Below are positions 12,590-23,355 of a DNA stretch of 64,000 bases, piece by piece. The translations under genes were made by a program, and so were the position numbers. The stretch comes from Octopus sinensis. Taxonomy: Eukaryota. The notes under the pieces were generated by a model. The model had not been told where the DNA came from and did not search any database. It was given only the letters and a program-made list of their open reading frames with translations. The DNA lies in contig NC_043008.1 in assembly GCF_006345805.1 (NCBI RefSeq), forward strand, positions 56,110,001-56,174,000, in the 5' to 3' direction. The stretch's first letter is position 1; every line of letters begins with the position of its first letter.

Positions 12590-13750
12590 ATAATAATGAT
12601 TATGCTCTGATGCAATACCAGGCAGTAGCTCTCGTGGCTTCTGATCTTAACTGATTGGAAGTGTTATCATGTACATTGTTTTGTCTTGGTATAAAAGATG
12701 GGCTACAGCAAATATTCTGCTCAATACCACAGATTTGCTTGTCAGTTATTTGACCTTAACCAGTTGACCATGTCCCTTAGTGGCTGACGATATGTGCATC
12801 TCTGATCACAAGCAGAAGTAGCATCACAGCCATGTGTTGAGAGGGATTCTTTGGGGCTTGGATAACTCACCTCTGGAAACATGGGTGTTTTGTTCAACAT
12901 CTAAACAACCTTTTATTCAGGGATCTTTTGAGCAGGATGGGCTACTTGACCAGAAGAAAACTCTAACTGGGTTCCATCTGCAAGGTCATGCGCTGTTTAG
13001 TTGATATGAGATCACCATGTCGTGCACATATGATTGTGATGCATGTGCCTGGTGTGCCCTTATCAGACAGGTAGTCATGATGGGTATATTGGGCTTCGTA
13101 TATTTTACCCCAGTGTTACTTTGATGGCATGCACTGCTCCCTCACTCAATAATAATAATAATAATAATATTAAATTAATAATAATAATGATTATGCTCTC
13201 TGATGCAATACCAGGCAGTAGCTCTCGTGGCTTCTGATCTTAACTGATGGAAGTGTTATCATGTACATTGTTTGTCTTGGTATAAAAGATGGGCTACAGC
13301 AAATATTCTGCTCAATACCACAGATTTGCTTGTCAGTTATTTGACCTTAACCAGTTGACCATGTCCCTTAGTGGCTGACGATATGTGCATCTCTGATCAC
13401 AAGCAGAAGTAGCATCACAGCCATGTGTTGAGAGGGATTCTTTGGGGTTTGGATAATTCACCTCTGGAAACATGGGTGTTTTGTTCAACATCCTTAAACA
13501 ACCTTTTATTCAGGGATCTTTTGAGCAGGATGGGCTACTTGACCAGAAGAAAACTCTAACTGGGTTCCATCTGCAAGGTCATGCGCTGTTTAGTTTGATA
13601 TGAGATCACCATGTCGTGCACATATGATTGTGATGCATGTGCCTGGTGTGCCCTTATCAGACAGGTAGTCATGATGGGTATATTGGGCTTCGTATATTTT
13701 ACCCCAGTGTTACTTTGATGGCATGCACTGCTCCCTCACTCAATAATAAT
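12590..13750. repeat. Direct tandem duplication of a ~594-bp repeat-derived unit, bounded by (AAT)n
   Basis: Near-identical copies offset by 594 bp (paired ORF starts at 13043 and 13637). A partial copy of the same family lies at ~10630-10850. Confidence 0.92.
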
Positions 13751-14082
13751 AATAATAATAATATAATAATAATAATTTTGGCACAATTTTGTTGGAGGGT
13801 AGACAAGTCGATTACGTCGACCCCAGTGTTGAACTGGTACTTATTTTATCAGCCCTACAGGATGAAAGAGAAAGTTGATCTCAGCAGAATTTGAACCCAG
13901 AATGTGAAGATGTAAAGACACAGAAAATGCCACTAAGCATTTTGCCTATTGTGCTAATGATTCTGCCAGCTCGCCACCTTAATAAAAATAATAACAGTAT
14001 TGGTTGTTCTTATTTCACTGATTTAAAAAAAGACAATGTTCCATTTAACTGTTTTTCTATTTGTTTGTTTCTTTCTTTGCAG

Positions 14083-14205
14083 GAATTCATTCATCAGTAT
14101 AAAATTATTCTTCCAAATGGTCTTCTGAGTTCAAAGGAAGATGTAAAGAAATTCTTGGAATGCATGGATCTGAATCAAGAGAATTATCAGATTGGAATTA
14201 CTAAA
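14083..14205 (+). CDS. Myo9: Myosin IX exon: converter (EFIHQYKIILPNGLLSSKEDVKKFLECMDLNQENYQIGITK)
   Basis: tttctttgcag| ... |gtgaga; 123 nt, phase 0/0. Ends in the conserved YQIGxTK motif. Confidence 0.95.
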
Positions 14206-14372
14206 GTGAGATAACATAGTTTCTCTTTGGGTTTTTTTTGTTTTTGTCTTGTACAATAACTGATAAGTCATGGTTATCTTCTGGAAGGAAATGGTAAATG
14301 GAGATGTGCTATCAGCACCAGGCGAGCCCCTACTTCAGCAGGAATGAATCACTTAATAGATCCTGCCTCTGT

Positions 14373-14557
14373 TTAATGTTTTAGTATTTAAACCAACCAG
14401 ATCTGGCCTCTCACACCTAGCTCTACAATGTCATTTTAAAAATGAACCATCGGATCATTGAAATCTTGGAACTATGAGATAATGCATGGTTAATTCGAAA
14501 TAATGGGAATAAATAAGCATTACATTTGACAGAATAATCTGAATGGTAAAGGGTCAA
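14373..14557. mobile_element. Short MITE with piggyBac-like (TTAA-CCCTTT) ends; second copy in opposite orientation at ~58798-59003
   Basis: Degenerate TIRs resembling ttaaccctttagcattcaaa / gaatgctaaagggttaa. Internal sequence is shared between the two copies. Confidence 0.5.
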
Positions 14558-15072
14558 GATATAATGTGTTCTAGATACATATATTCCTTCCTTTATTGAA
14601 GATGGCAGAGTATGATTTAAAGAAGAAATAGCTGCTGTTTCTAGAAGATCATGTAGTTGCATAGAAGCCTCTTTGTTGATGGCTTGAAACATGTGGAGGT
14701 CGGTGACAAGTAGGGCATCCAACTGTAAAAATAAAAATAAAAATCTGCATCTAACTCAATGAATTTCTTCTAACTCGTATAAGCATGGCAAAACAGACAT
14801 TAAAACAATGCTGCCAGCAACACATAAAAGCTCTTGTGTGGTGCCATGTAAAAGTGGCGCCCATGCAGTGCCACCTAAAAGCACTCAGCATTTTGGTCAG
14901 TGGTTGGCATTAGGAAGGGCATCAAACCATAGAAACCATGCCTAATCAGACTAGTGTCTGGTGCAGCCCTCCAGCTTGTCATCTCTGGTCACACCATCCA
15001 ACCCATGCCAGCATGGACAACAGACATTAAATGATGATGATGATATACATTCTTACATATGTGTGTGCGTGT

Positions 15073-15370
15073 GGGGGCGCCATGGCCCAATGGTTAGGGC
15101 AGCGGACTTGCGGTTGGAGGATCGCAGTTTCGATTCCCAGACCGGGCGTTGTGTGTGTTTATTGAGTGAAAACACCTAAAAGCTCCACGAGGCTCCAGCA
15201 GGTGGGGTGGCGATCCCTATTGTACTCTTTCGCCACAACTTTCTCTCACTCTCTCTTCCTGTTTCTTGAGTAACGCTGCGATGGACTAGAGTCCCGTCCG
15301 ACTGCGGGGAACACATACACCACAGAAACTGTGAAACTGGGCCCAGGAGCCTGGCTAGGCTTGAAAAGGA
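15073..15370 (+). mobile_element. tRNA-derived SINE, family D (ggcgcaatggcccagtggttagggcagcggac...; V-domain-like gatggactggcgtcccgtcc)
   Basis: A- and B-box-like head. Copies at 17988-18290, 27650-27930 (different tail) and 63425-63720 (-). Confidence 0.82.
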
Positions 15371-15943
15371 TGACGTTTATCATTTATATATATATGATGT
15401 CCTTCTTTATTTGTTGTAGATGGTCTTGGTATCTGTTACACCTAAAATGTTCTCATCTAAGGTATAGGTCTAGGCAAATGTTTCCTCTTTTCCATTTCCA
15501 TGCCATTGATGTTGTCCTCAGGAAAGGCTTAATTGAGTAGTTGATACAGCTTAGCACTAGTTTTGTCACAGAAGACGAAAGAGCTGGAACATAGGAACCT
15601 AAAGGAAACAACAATGGAAGGAACCCTGGAACTTTCCACTGGCTACAGCCCACAGCCTTTTTTGAAGTGTAGCACTGCTGTCTCTAAGTGGTATGGTAAA
15701 AATCACTGCATACCAAATTATAGCTGTCATCCTTTACACATATCTTGACCAACAGATATTTATCACCAGCAAAAATAACTTAATTTCTCTGTTGAAAAAT
15801 GTGTTTGGTTGTTTTGTATTGGAATTTAGTGTTAGTTTGTATTTGTGTGCGTATGTATGTGTGTGTTTAATGTCTGTGTGTGTATATTCTTGCTGAAAAT
15901 GTTAGTATTTCTGATCATTGTTTTCATTGTCTTCTTACTCTAG

Positions 15944-16093
15944 GTATTTCTGCGAGAGGTGGAGAAAGTGCGGCTTGATGAGGCTTTACATCGGGCAATT
16001 ATGCAACGAGTGATAACCATACAACGATGGATGAAAGCCTTGTTGGAACGACAAAATTTCATCAAGCAACGAGCTGCTGCCTTGAATATTCAG
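15944..16093 (+). CDS. Myo9: Myosin IX exon: end of converter and IQ1 (VFLREVEKVRLDEALHRAIMQRVITIQRWMKALLERQNFIKQRAAALNIQ)
   Basis: ttactctag| ... |gtaatt; 150 nt, phase 0/0. VFLR completes the TKVFLR motif; an IQRW IQ motif follows. Confidence 0.95.
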
Positions 16094-16646
16094 GTAATTA
16101 ACACTGAGATAAATTATAATTAAAACGTTTTTAAATCCTTTGAGTCTAACGTGCCTGAGATTGACTCTTTGAAATTTCCTGTTTCAGTTTAATTTCAGTT
16201 TTAAAGCATATTTTTGGGGATGTTATTAAAGAGGGACTAGCGTTCTCCCCAACTATCTACTAATACTGGCAAACTGCTGCCCTATTTTAATATTGCCCTC
16301 AAGGCCACAGATTTTGGAGCAAGAGGAATAATACAGAAGTTAGTCAATTGTAGTGGACCCAGTAAAGGACTGGTATTATATTGGAGTCAGCTTTGGTAGG
16401 ATTTGAACTCAGAACATAAAGAGATGTAACTAAATATTGCAAGTCAGTCTACATTTTGACCAGTGTTCTTACAATTTTCCAATTTCATTACCTTGATATC
16501 GATTCTTAGGAAAGGCATAAGGTGACAGATATTGGATAGAGGATTAAAGACAAATGCATCATCAGGGGCCAGTAGGAGATGGGCAGGTGGGGGTAGGGTG
16601 CACTGACAACTGTCATATGTGTGTGTGTGTGTATATATATAATATA

Positions 16647-16867
16647 TGAGGGAGTGCTGAAAAGTACCTGGCTTTAAGAGTGTCGCGAAAGGCCTGGTTG
16701 GAGGTCCAGCCTTCTGAGTTCTTTTATAAGACTTAGAAAAACTGAAGGACTGCTGCAATAAGTGTGTGAATCTGAGAGGGGAATATGTTGAACAAAATAA
16801 ATCATAATTAATTGATCCTCCTGTATTTTCTTTTATCCAAATCCTGGAACTTTTCGGTACCACATCA
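16647..16867 (+). mobile_element. Mariner-derived MITE (internal deletion derivative)
   Basis: Flanked by TA; related ends tgagggagtgctgaaaagtacc / tgatgtggtaccgaaaagttcc. Retains the mariner C-terminal peptide LEKLKDCCNKCVNLRGEYVEQ. Confidence 0.72.
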
Positions 16868-17254
16868 TATATGTGTGTGGGTGGGGTGGGGTGGGGGGTG
16901 TATGATAGGCTTCTTTCAGTTTCCATCTACCAAATCCACTCACAAGGCTTTGACTATCTCTCGGCTGTAGTAGAAGACACATGCCCAAGGTGCCATGCAG
17001 TGGGACTGAACCCAAGACCACATGGTTGTGAAGCAAGCTTCTTAACAACCCAGCCACTCCTGCACCTGTGAAAGGAACTTTTACAGAATAAAACAAAAAT
17101 TAATCAAAAATAAATATAAGTGTATAGATGTGTTGTAGTGGCTATCATGATAGAACCATAAAGAGAAAATTAGAAAAAGAAAGGTTACTCTTAGTCTTGT
17201 TCTATTTGATCTTATATGATTCCGTTTATGATAATCTGATGTTTTCTTCTATAG

Positions 17255-17433
17255 TGTCATGTAAGGCGATTCTTGGCCCAGAGAAAGCTGGCTCACAAGA
17301 AGCTGGAACGAGATGCTGCTATAACTATACAGTCTGCTGTTCGTATGATGATAGCACGGAAGAAGTTTTTGATTGTCCAACAATCTGTTACTCTTGTGCA
17401 GCCTTTTATCAGAGGATGCCTGGCTCGGAAAAG
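17255..17433 (+). CDS. Myo9: Myosin IX exon: IQ2-IQ4 neck (CHVRRFLAQRKLAHKKLERDAAITIQSAVRMMIARKKFLIVQQSVTLVQPFIRGCLARK)
   Basis: tcttctatag| ... |gtaatt; 179 nt, phase 0/2. Completes IQ2 and carries two more IQxxxRxxxxR-like motifs. Confidence 0.93.
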
Positions 17434-18847
17434 GTAATTATTTGTTACTGACTTCATTTATAGCAAAAAGATTTCACATATGTACACACAGACACACACA
17501 CACACACACACATGTAGTATTGAACAGTGAGAATGAGTGCTCAACACCACATTGGTGGATAAATATTTTTCATTTGCGGATTAAGAAGGCAACCAATTGT
17601 TTCATGTACGAAACATTTCTACAATTATTCAAGCAATTCACTTGGGGATGCTGGTAGTCATCTCCATTTCTCACACTCACATGCACACACACGAGTTTGA
17701 GAAGATAGTTCTGCAATTTCTTGGTTGTTCAGCACAAATGATTTGTTTATAGTGATCAAATGTTTGATTAGACATTAGCTCACTCCTTCCATCAAATCTA
17801 CATTGTCTGAAGAAGTGTACAATGCATCACATATAAGATGTCGAAGTGAACACAGAGCACCATCATGAGATGAAGCTTTTTGCTCAAGAACACAAAACAC
17901 TGCTACACTGCCTGTTCTGAGAATTGAACCCACACTCATGATCATTAGTGCAACAACACTTTAACCACTGTGTGTTGTGTGTTGTGTGTGGAGGCACATG
18001 GCCTAGTGGTTAGAGCAGTGGACTCACGGTCGAGTGATCGCAGGTTCGAATCTCAGACCGGGCGATGTGTGTGTTTATGAGCGGAACACCTAACCTCCAT
18101 GTGGCTCCGGCAGAAGGTAATGGCGAACTTCTGCTGACTCTCTCGCCGCAACTTTCTCTCGCTCTTTGCTCCTGCATCTTGTAGCTCACCTGCGACGGAC
18201 TGGCGTCCCGTCCAAGTGGGGAACCTATACACCAAGGAAACCGGAAAACTGGCTCTTATGAGCCAGGCATGGCTCAAGAAGTGACAAACAACAACAACAA
18301 CTGTGTGTTATGTGTGTATCTCTCTCTTTCTCTCTCTGGTTGAGTGACCATGTACCTCCACTACAGTAAGACACCTGTTTCTGTCTCTCTGTCTCACTAT
18401 AACCTTTCATCATCTGACACAAGATCACCTCCTTCAATGTCCCTTTCCCTCTCAAAGGATGTTTGTCTTGCAGAGTTACTTGGTGACCCTGCCAGTGCTG
18501 GTGCCACGTAAAAAGCACCCAGTCCACACTGTAAAGTGGTTGGCATTTGGGAGGGCATGCAACTGTAAAAACTATACCAATACTGACCTCACCTGTGCTT
18601 GTACCACATAAAAAGCACTCGGTGTACTCTGCTGGGTGGTTGGTGTTAGGGAGGGCATCCAGCTGTAAAACCCAAACCAAACAAACACAGAAGTATGGTG
18701 TAGTTTTCTGCCTATTCAGCTCCTGTCAAATTTTTCAACCCATATCAGTATGGAAGGCAGACATTAAACGATGATGATGATGATGATGATGATAACAGAC
18801 AGTGTTTGAATGATATTCTTGTGAGGAGTGAAACAGTGAACAGATGT

Positions 18848-19013
18848 AGGCGCAGGAGTGGCTGTGTGGTAAGTAGCTTGCTAACCAACCACATGGTTGC
18901 GGGTTCAGTCCCACTGCGTGGCATCTTGGGCAAGTGTCTTCTGCTATAGCCCCGGGCCGACTAATGCCTTGTGAGTGGATTTGGTAGATGGAAACTGAAA
19001 GAAGCCTGTCGTA

Positions 19014-19089
<76 letters not shown>

Positions 19090-19290
19090 TTGTGTGTCTG
19101 TGTTTGTCCCCCTAGCATTGTTTGACAACTGATGCTGGTGTGTTTACGTCCCCGTCACTTAGCGGTTCGGCAAAAGAGACCGATAGAATAAGTACTGGGC
19201 TTACAAAGAATAAGTTCCGGGGTTGATTTGATCGACTAAAGGCGGTGCTCCAGCATGGCCGCAGTCAAATGACTGAAACAAGTAAAAGAG
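18848..19290 (+). mobile_element. tRNA-derived SINE, family A (ggcgcaggagtggctgtgtggtaag...gcagtcaaatgactgaaacaagtaaaag) with internal (TA)n(TG)n
   Basis: Full copies also at 35188-35591, 41502-41880 and 59040-59420. Partial or diverged copies at 16903-17068 (-), 21650-21805, 34385-34545 (-), 38185-38560, 41098-41370, 46575-47050 and 62133-62410. Confidence 0.88.
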
Positions 19291-20871
19291 TAGATGTTTG
19301 ATTGTTGTCATGAAATTTACATCAAACTAAATAATTGCCCTACCTTCTTGGTGTTGAGTTTTCCAATACGGTTAAGAGCCAGTTTTGTCACAGGCAAGAA
19401 TCTTGCCAGTACACATTCACACATGCACACACACACACACTTGCACACGCACACACACTTGCACACGCACGCTTCCACACACATGCACCCACACACACAC
19501 AGAGGCACATATTTTGTTTTCAGAGACTATGAAAGTAGGTCTTGAGCAGTAGACTGTGTCATATTGTATGATGTGTTGTCGTTTGGTATGTTAACATGCT
19601 TGTCTTTTCTGAACTTAAAGTACCTTGAAGCATAATTTATGATGACTAATCTATAACACAGAACCTGTCCAAACATGAATTTCAAATATTTTTTTAGATT
19701 TTATCTTTTATCTTATATTTGCTTCAGTCATTGGACTGTGGCCATGCTACGGCATCGCCTTGAAGTATTTCGTTGAACAAATTGGCCCCATTATCATCAT
19801 CATCATCATCATCATCATCAATGTCTAACGTCCACTTTCCATGCTGGCATGGGTTAGACAATTTGACTGAAAACTTGTAAGCCAGGGAGCTGCACCAAGT
19901 TCCAGTCTAATTTGGTATGGTTCCTACAGCTGGATGCCCTTCCTAATGCCAACCACTCCAAGAGTGTAATGGGTGCTTTTATGTGCCACCAGCACAGGTG
20001 CCATTTACATGACACTGCCAACAACTATGACTTTGATTTCACTTGGTTCGACAAGTCTTCTCAGCACAGCTTGGCCATTGCCAAAGGTCTTGGTCACTTG
20101 TCATTGTCACTTGTCATGTGAGGCCCAACGGTCAAAAGACCATGCTACCTGCAGTGGTCATGACTATGATTTCCCAGGGGCCGCTTACATGATGCTGGCA
20201 AATGTGTACTTATTTTCTTTTTAATACTCTGGCCGATGGCACGTAAGAAGCACCATTCGAGTGTGATCGTTACCAGCGTCGCCTCACTGGCACTTGTGCT
20301 GGTGGCACGTGAAAATAACATTCGAGCGAGGTCATTGCCAGTGCCACTGGACTGGCTCCTGTGCAGGTGGCACATGAAAAGGACCATTTGAGCGTGGCCG
20401 TTGCCAGTACTGCCTGACTGGCCCTCATGCCAGTGGCACGTAAAAGCACCCACTGCACTCTCAGAGTGGTTGGCATTAGGAAGGACATCCAGCTGTAGAA
20501 ACTCTGCCAGATCAGATTGGAGCCTGGTGCAGCCATCTGGTTCGCCAGTCCTCAGTCAAATCGTCCAACCCATGCTAGCATGGAAAGCGGACATTAGATG
20601 ATGATGATGATGATGATGATGATGGTACTTATACTATTAGTCACTTTTGCTGAATTGCTATCTTAAGAGGCCGTAAACAAACCAACACAGGTGTCAGACA
20701 GTTGTGGAAACAAGCACAGACACAAATGCAAATATAGATACATACACATACATATATATCGTGTTAATGTGTGTTTTTTTTAATGTTTAGTTAAAATAAA
20801 AACAATTTTACGTTAAGCTGATGGGGTCAGTAGAGTATAAGTTTATGTGTGTGTAGATGTATGTATGTATC

Positions 20872-20942
<71 letters not shown>

Positions 20943-21826
20943 TCTTGAAGTACTGTCCTTCTCAGTGCGTCTGGCTACCAAATTTCACTCATTAGGCATT
21001 TGTGACCCATCTCTGTTGAACCTGAAACCATGTGACTGTGAATCAACTTCTTAACCACCCAACCCCTGCCTGCTCCCCTTTGTTACTAATTTCATTTAGC
21101 ATCTGTATTTCATAGCTGGTCTGTAAGTTTAAGCAGGTCTCCTCTCCTGTACCACCGCAAGTGTTATCAAATCAGTTTTTAGATATCATGTATGCTTTAT
21201 AGCTATCAGATATCATGTTTAGCTTTGTACAACAACGTAAATTATATAAGCCTTGAGGAAATGTTCTAAATATTTAATTTGCTGGAAATAACAGCCAGGT
21301 CGCTCTCAAATCTCATTTTGCTGTTTAGAAAAAAGGGAGAGTCACATTAGATTATGTAGTCCTAGGTTAATGTTTCCTAACAAGTGTGTTGTCGGAAAAG
21401 TTTAATTAGTGACAAACTTATACAGGTGTAGTATCCCAACAGCGTAATTAGTCACAAAATTTTACAGGTGTCTCCTAAAATTCTCATGATCAGCATATTT
21501 TATGCATGATGTTTCACATTCACAGCTTGAACTTAAGCGTTAGTCCCATATTTTAGCCAGGCATATTTATTTTCACACACAATCTCAAATATGTTGTACT
21601 TAGCAGTTATACAATCTACATTTTTTAAAAAATATTTCCAATTAGGGACAGGTGTGGCTGTGTGGTTATAAAGCTTGTTCCTCAACCATGTGGTCTTGGG
21701 TTCAGTCCCACCGTGTGGCACCTAGGGCAAGTGTCTTCTATAGCTCCAGGCCAGCCAAAGCCTTGTGAGTGGATTTGGGAGATGGAAACTGAAAGAAGCC
21801 CGTCATTTACATGTGTATGTATATGT

Positions 21827-21878
<52 letters not shown>

Positions 21879-22052
21879 GTATGTATATGTGTGTGCGTAT
21901 AAAATATAAATTAGAGATAAAACCACTATTATGCAGCTCAAACAGTAATAGACATAAACCAAAACATGAATAACAAATATTGTTTATTTTTATAAAACAT
22001 AACTAGATCTCAAAATGTATAAAAATAAATTATCAATATATAATAAGTAAAA

Positions 22053-22152
22053 AACTACGTACGTTTCATGGCTACAATTAAATTCGAATTACAATTAAGT
22101 TTAAATTCAATTGAAATAAATTCGATTTAAATTTATAGTCAATCTTCAGGTT
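22053..22152 (-). ncRNA. Minimal type I hammerhead ribozyme motif, partly decayed
   Basis: Minus strand reads aac-CUGAAGA-[75-nt long stem II]-GAAAC-GUAC-GUA|guu. Palindromic stem III loop, 3-bp stem I, mismatch at the 10.1-11.1 pair. Confidence 0.6.
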
Positions 22153-22284
22153 AACGATAATAGTTAAATAAATAAGCAAATAGAGTTAAACAATATTTAT
22201 TTAAAAATGAATAAAATAATAATTTTCCTTATAGAAAAATCTCCATTAACTAAATTTGAAACTTAAAACATTAGGATTGTGTTC

Positions 22285-22918
22285 CAATGATCCTCATAAA
22301 CAAGTTAGTGATTTCTCTCCACATTTCTGTGGGTGACACTTGTGGAAGATCTTTCAGATTACTCATCATATTCCATGGATGTTCTTCTGCTTTTAAAGCA
22401 CCTGTGCCACTCAGAACATTGTGTATGACCCATTGCCTCATTGCCGTAAGCTTGCTGAAGAATGCTCAAGGTTTCTGTAGCAGACTTCCCAAGTTTAACG
22501 CAGAATTTCACGTTGTCTCTTTGTTCCTGTCCACAACAAAATCGCAGACTACAGCATACACAGACTACGCCGTTCGAGAATTTGGACCTGGAGATCTCCA
22601 TTTCCAGTGACTTCAAGGGCCACCTCCCAGTAGTGTTGGGTGTCGACGAAGAGCCCTCAACTACAACAAGACGACCAAAGTTTTTTTTTTCCCAACATCT
22701 GGGGTCCCTCGCCCCTAAGCCCTATACCATCACCTAATCACCCTTACCCATCTTGTTGCTTAACACCAACAACAACAACTACACAGACTACAGCATACAA
22801 CTTGCCTCATGAAGCATACTGCCTCATGAAGGTCACTGCTTGCTCTCACTGTCATGCAACAGTGTGCTGCCATCTGTTGGCACACTACAGAACTAGTCTG
22901 GGAACTTTTTGATACACA
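22285..22918 (-). mobile_element. 5' fragment of a mariner element interrupted by a retroposon insertion
   Basis: Mariner N-terminal HTH peptide FCVKLGKSATETLSILQQAYGNEAMGHTQCSEWHRCFKSRRTSMEYDE. TIR-like ggaactttttgatac near 22900. Confidence 0.75.
22569..22783 (+). mobile_element. ~210-bp non-tRNA retroposon with (AAC)n tail and 16-bp TSD
   Basis: TSD cagactacagcataca at 22545-22560 and 22784-22799. Second copy at 53440-53648 (-). Confidence 0.8.
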
Positions 22919-22947
22919 CAACCACACACACACAAACACACGCACAT

Positions 22948-23041
22948 AGAGGTATAGATGTACTCACATACACACACACCACAAACACACATTGAGATAT
23001 AGATGTACTCACATACACACACACAGAGATATAGATGTACT

Positions 23042-23060
<19 letters not shown>
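22948..23060. repeat. Three copies of gag[g/a]tatagatgtactcacata(ca)n
   Basis: Directly visible. Confidence 0.85.
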
Positions 23061-23077
<17 letters not shown>

Positions 23078-23193
23078 TTGAGGAATCTTTTAAATGTATA
23101 TATTTGGTGAGAAATCTTTTACTGTATAGAACTGGACTTTCCAGTTCGATCTTTTATACCAAGACTGATGAGAATTTCTCTGCTTGATTTCAG

Positions 23194-23355
23194 GGTAACA
23201 AAGTTGTTGGAAGAAGCTCGTCAGAAGAAGATCACAGAGCAGCAGGATTGGCAGTCATCGATTAGTGATGAAGGGATCCTGACGAAAGGATTCAGCGCTG
23301 AAGAACTGGAACTTGACACAGAACACCGACATGTTCAAAGGCATGATTCTGAGGA
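23194..23355 (+). CDS. Myo9: Myosin IX exon: post-IQ tail (VTKLLEEARQKKITEQQDWQSSISDEGILTKGFSAEELELDTEHRHVQRHDSE)
   Basis: gatttcag| ... |gtacgt; 162 nt, phase 2/2, compatible with both neighbouring exons. Open frame with charged, helix-like composition. Confidence 0.85.

Noticed and set aside
15073-15150. tRNA-like heads with A and B boxes at many SINE copies
   Set aside because: They continue into SINE bodies and lack a complete cloverleaf; not tRNA genes.
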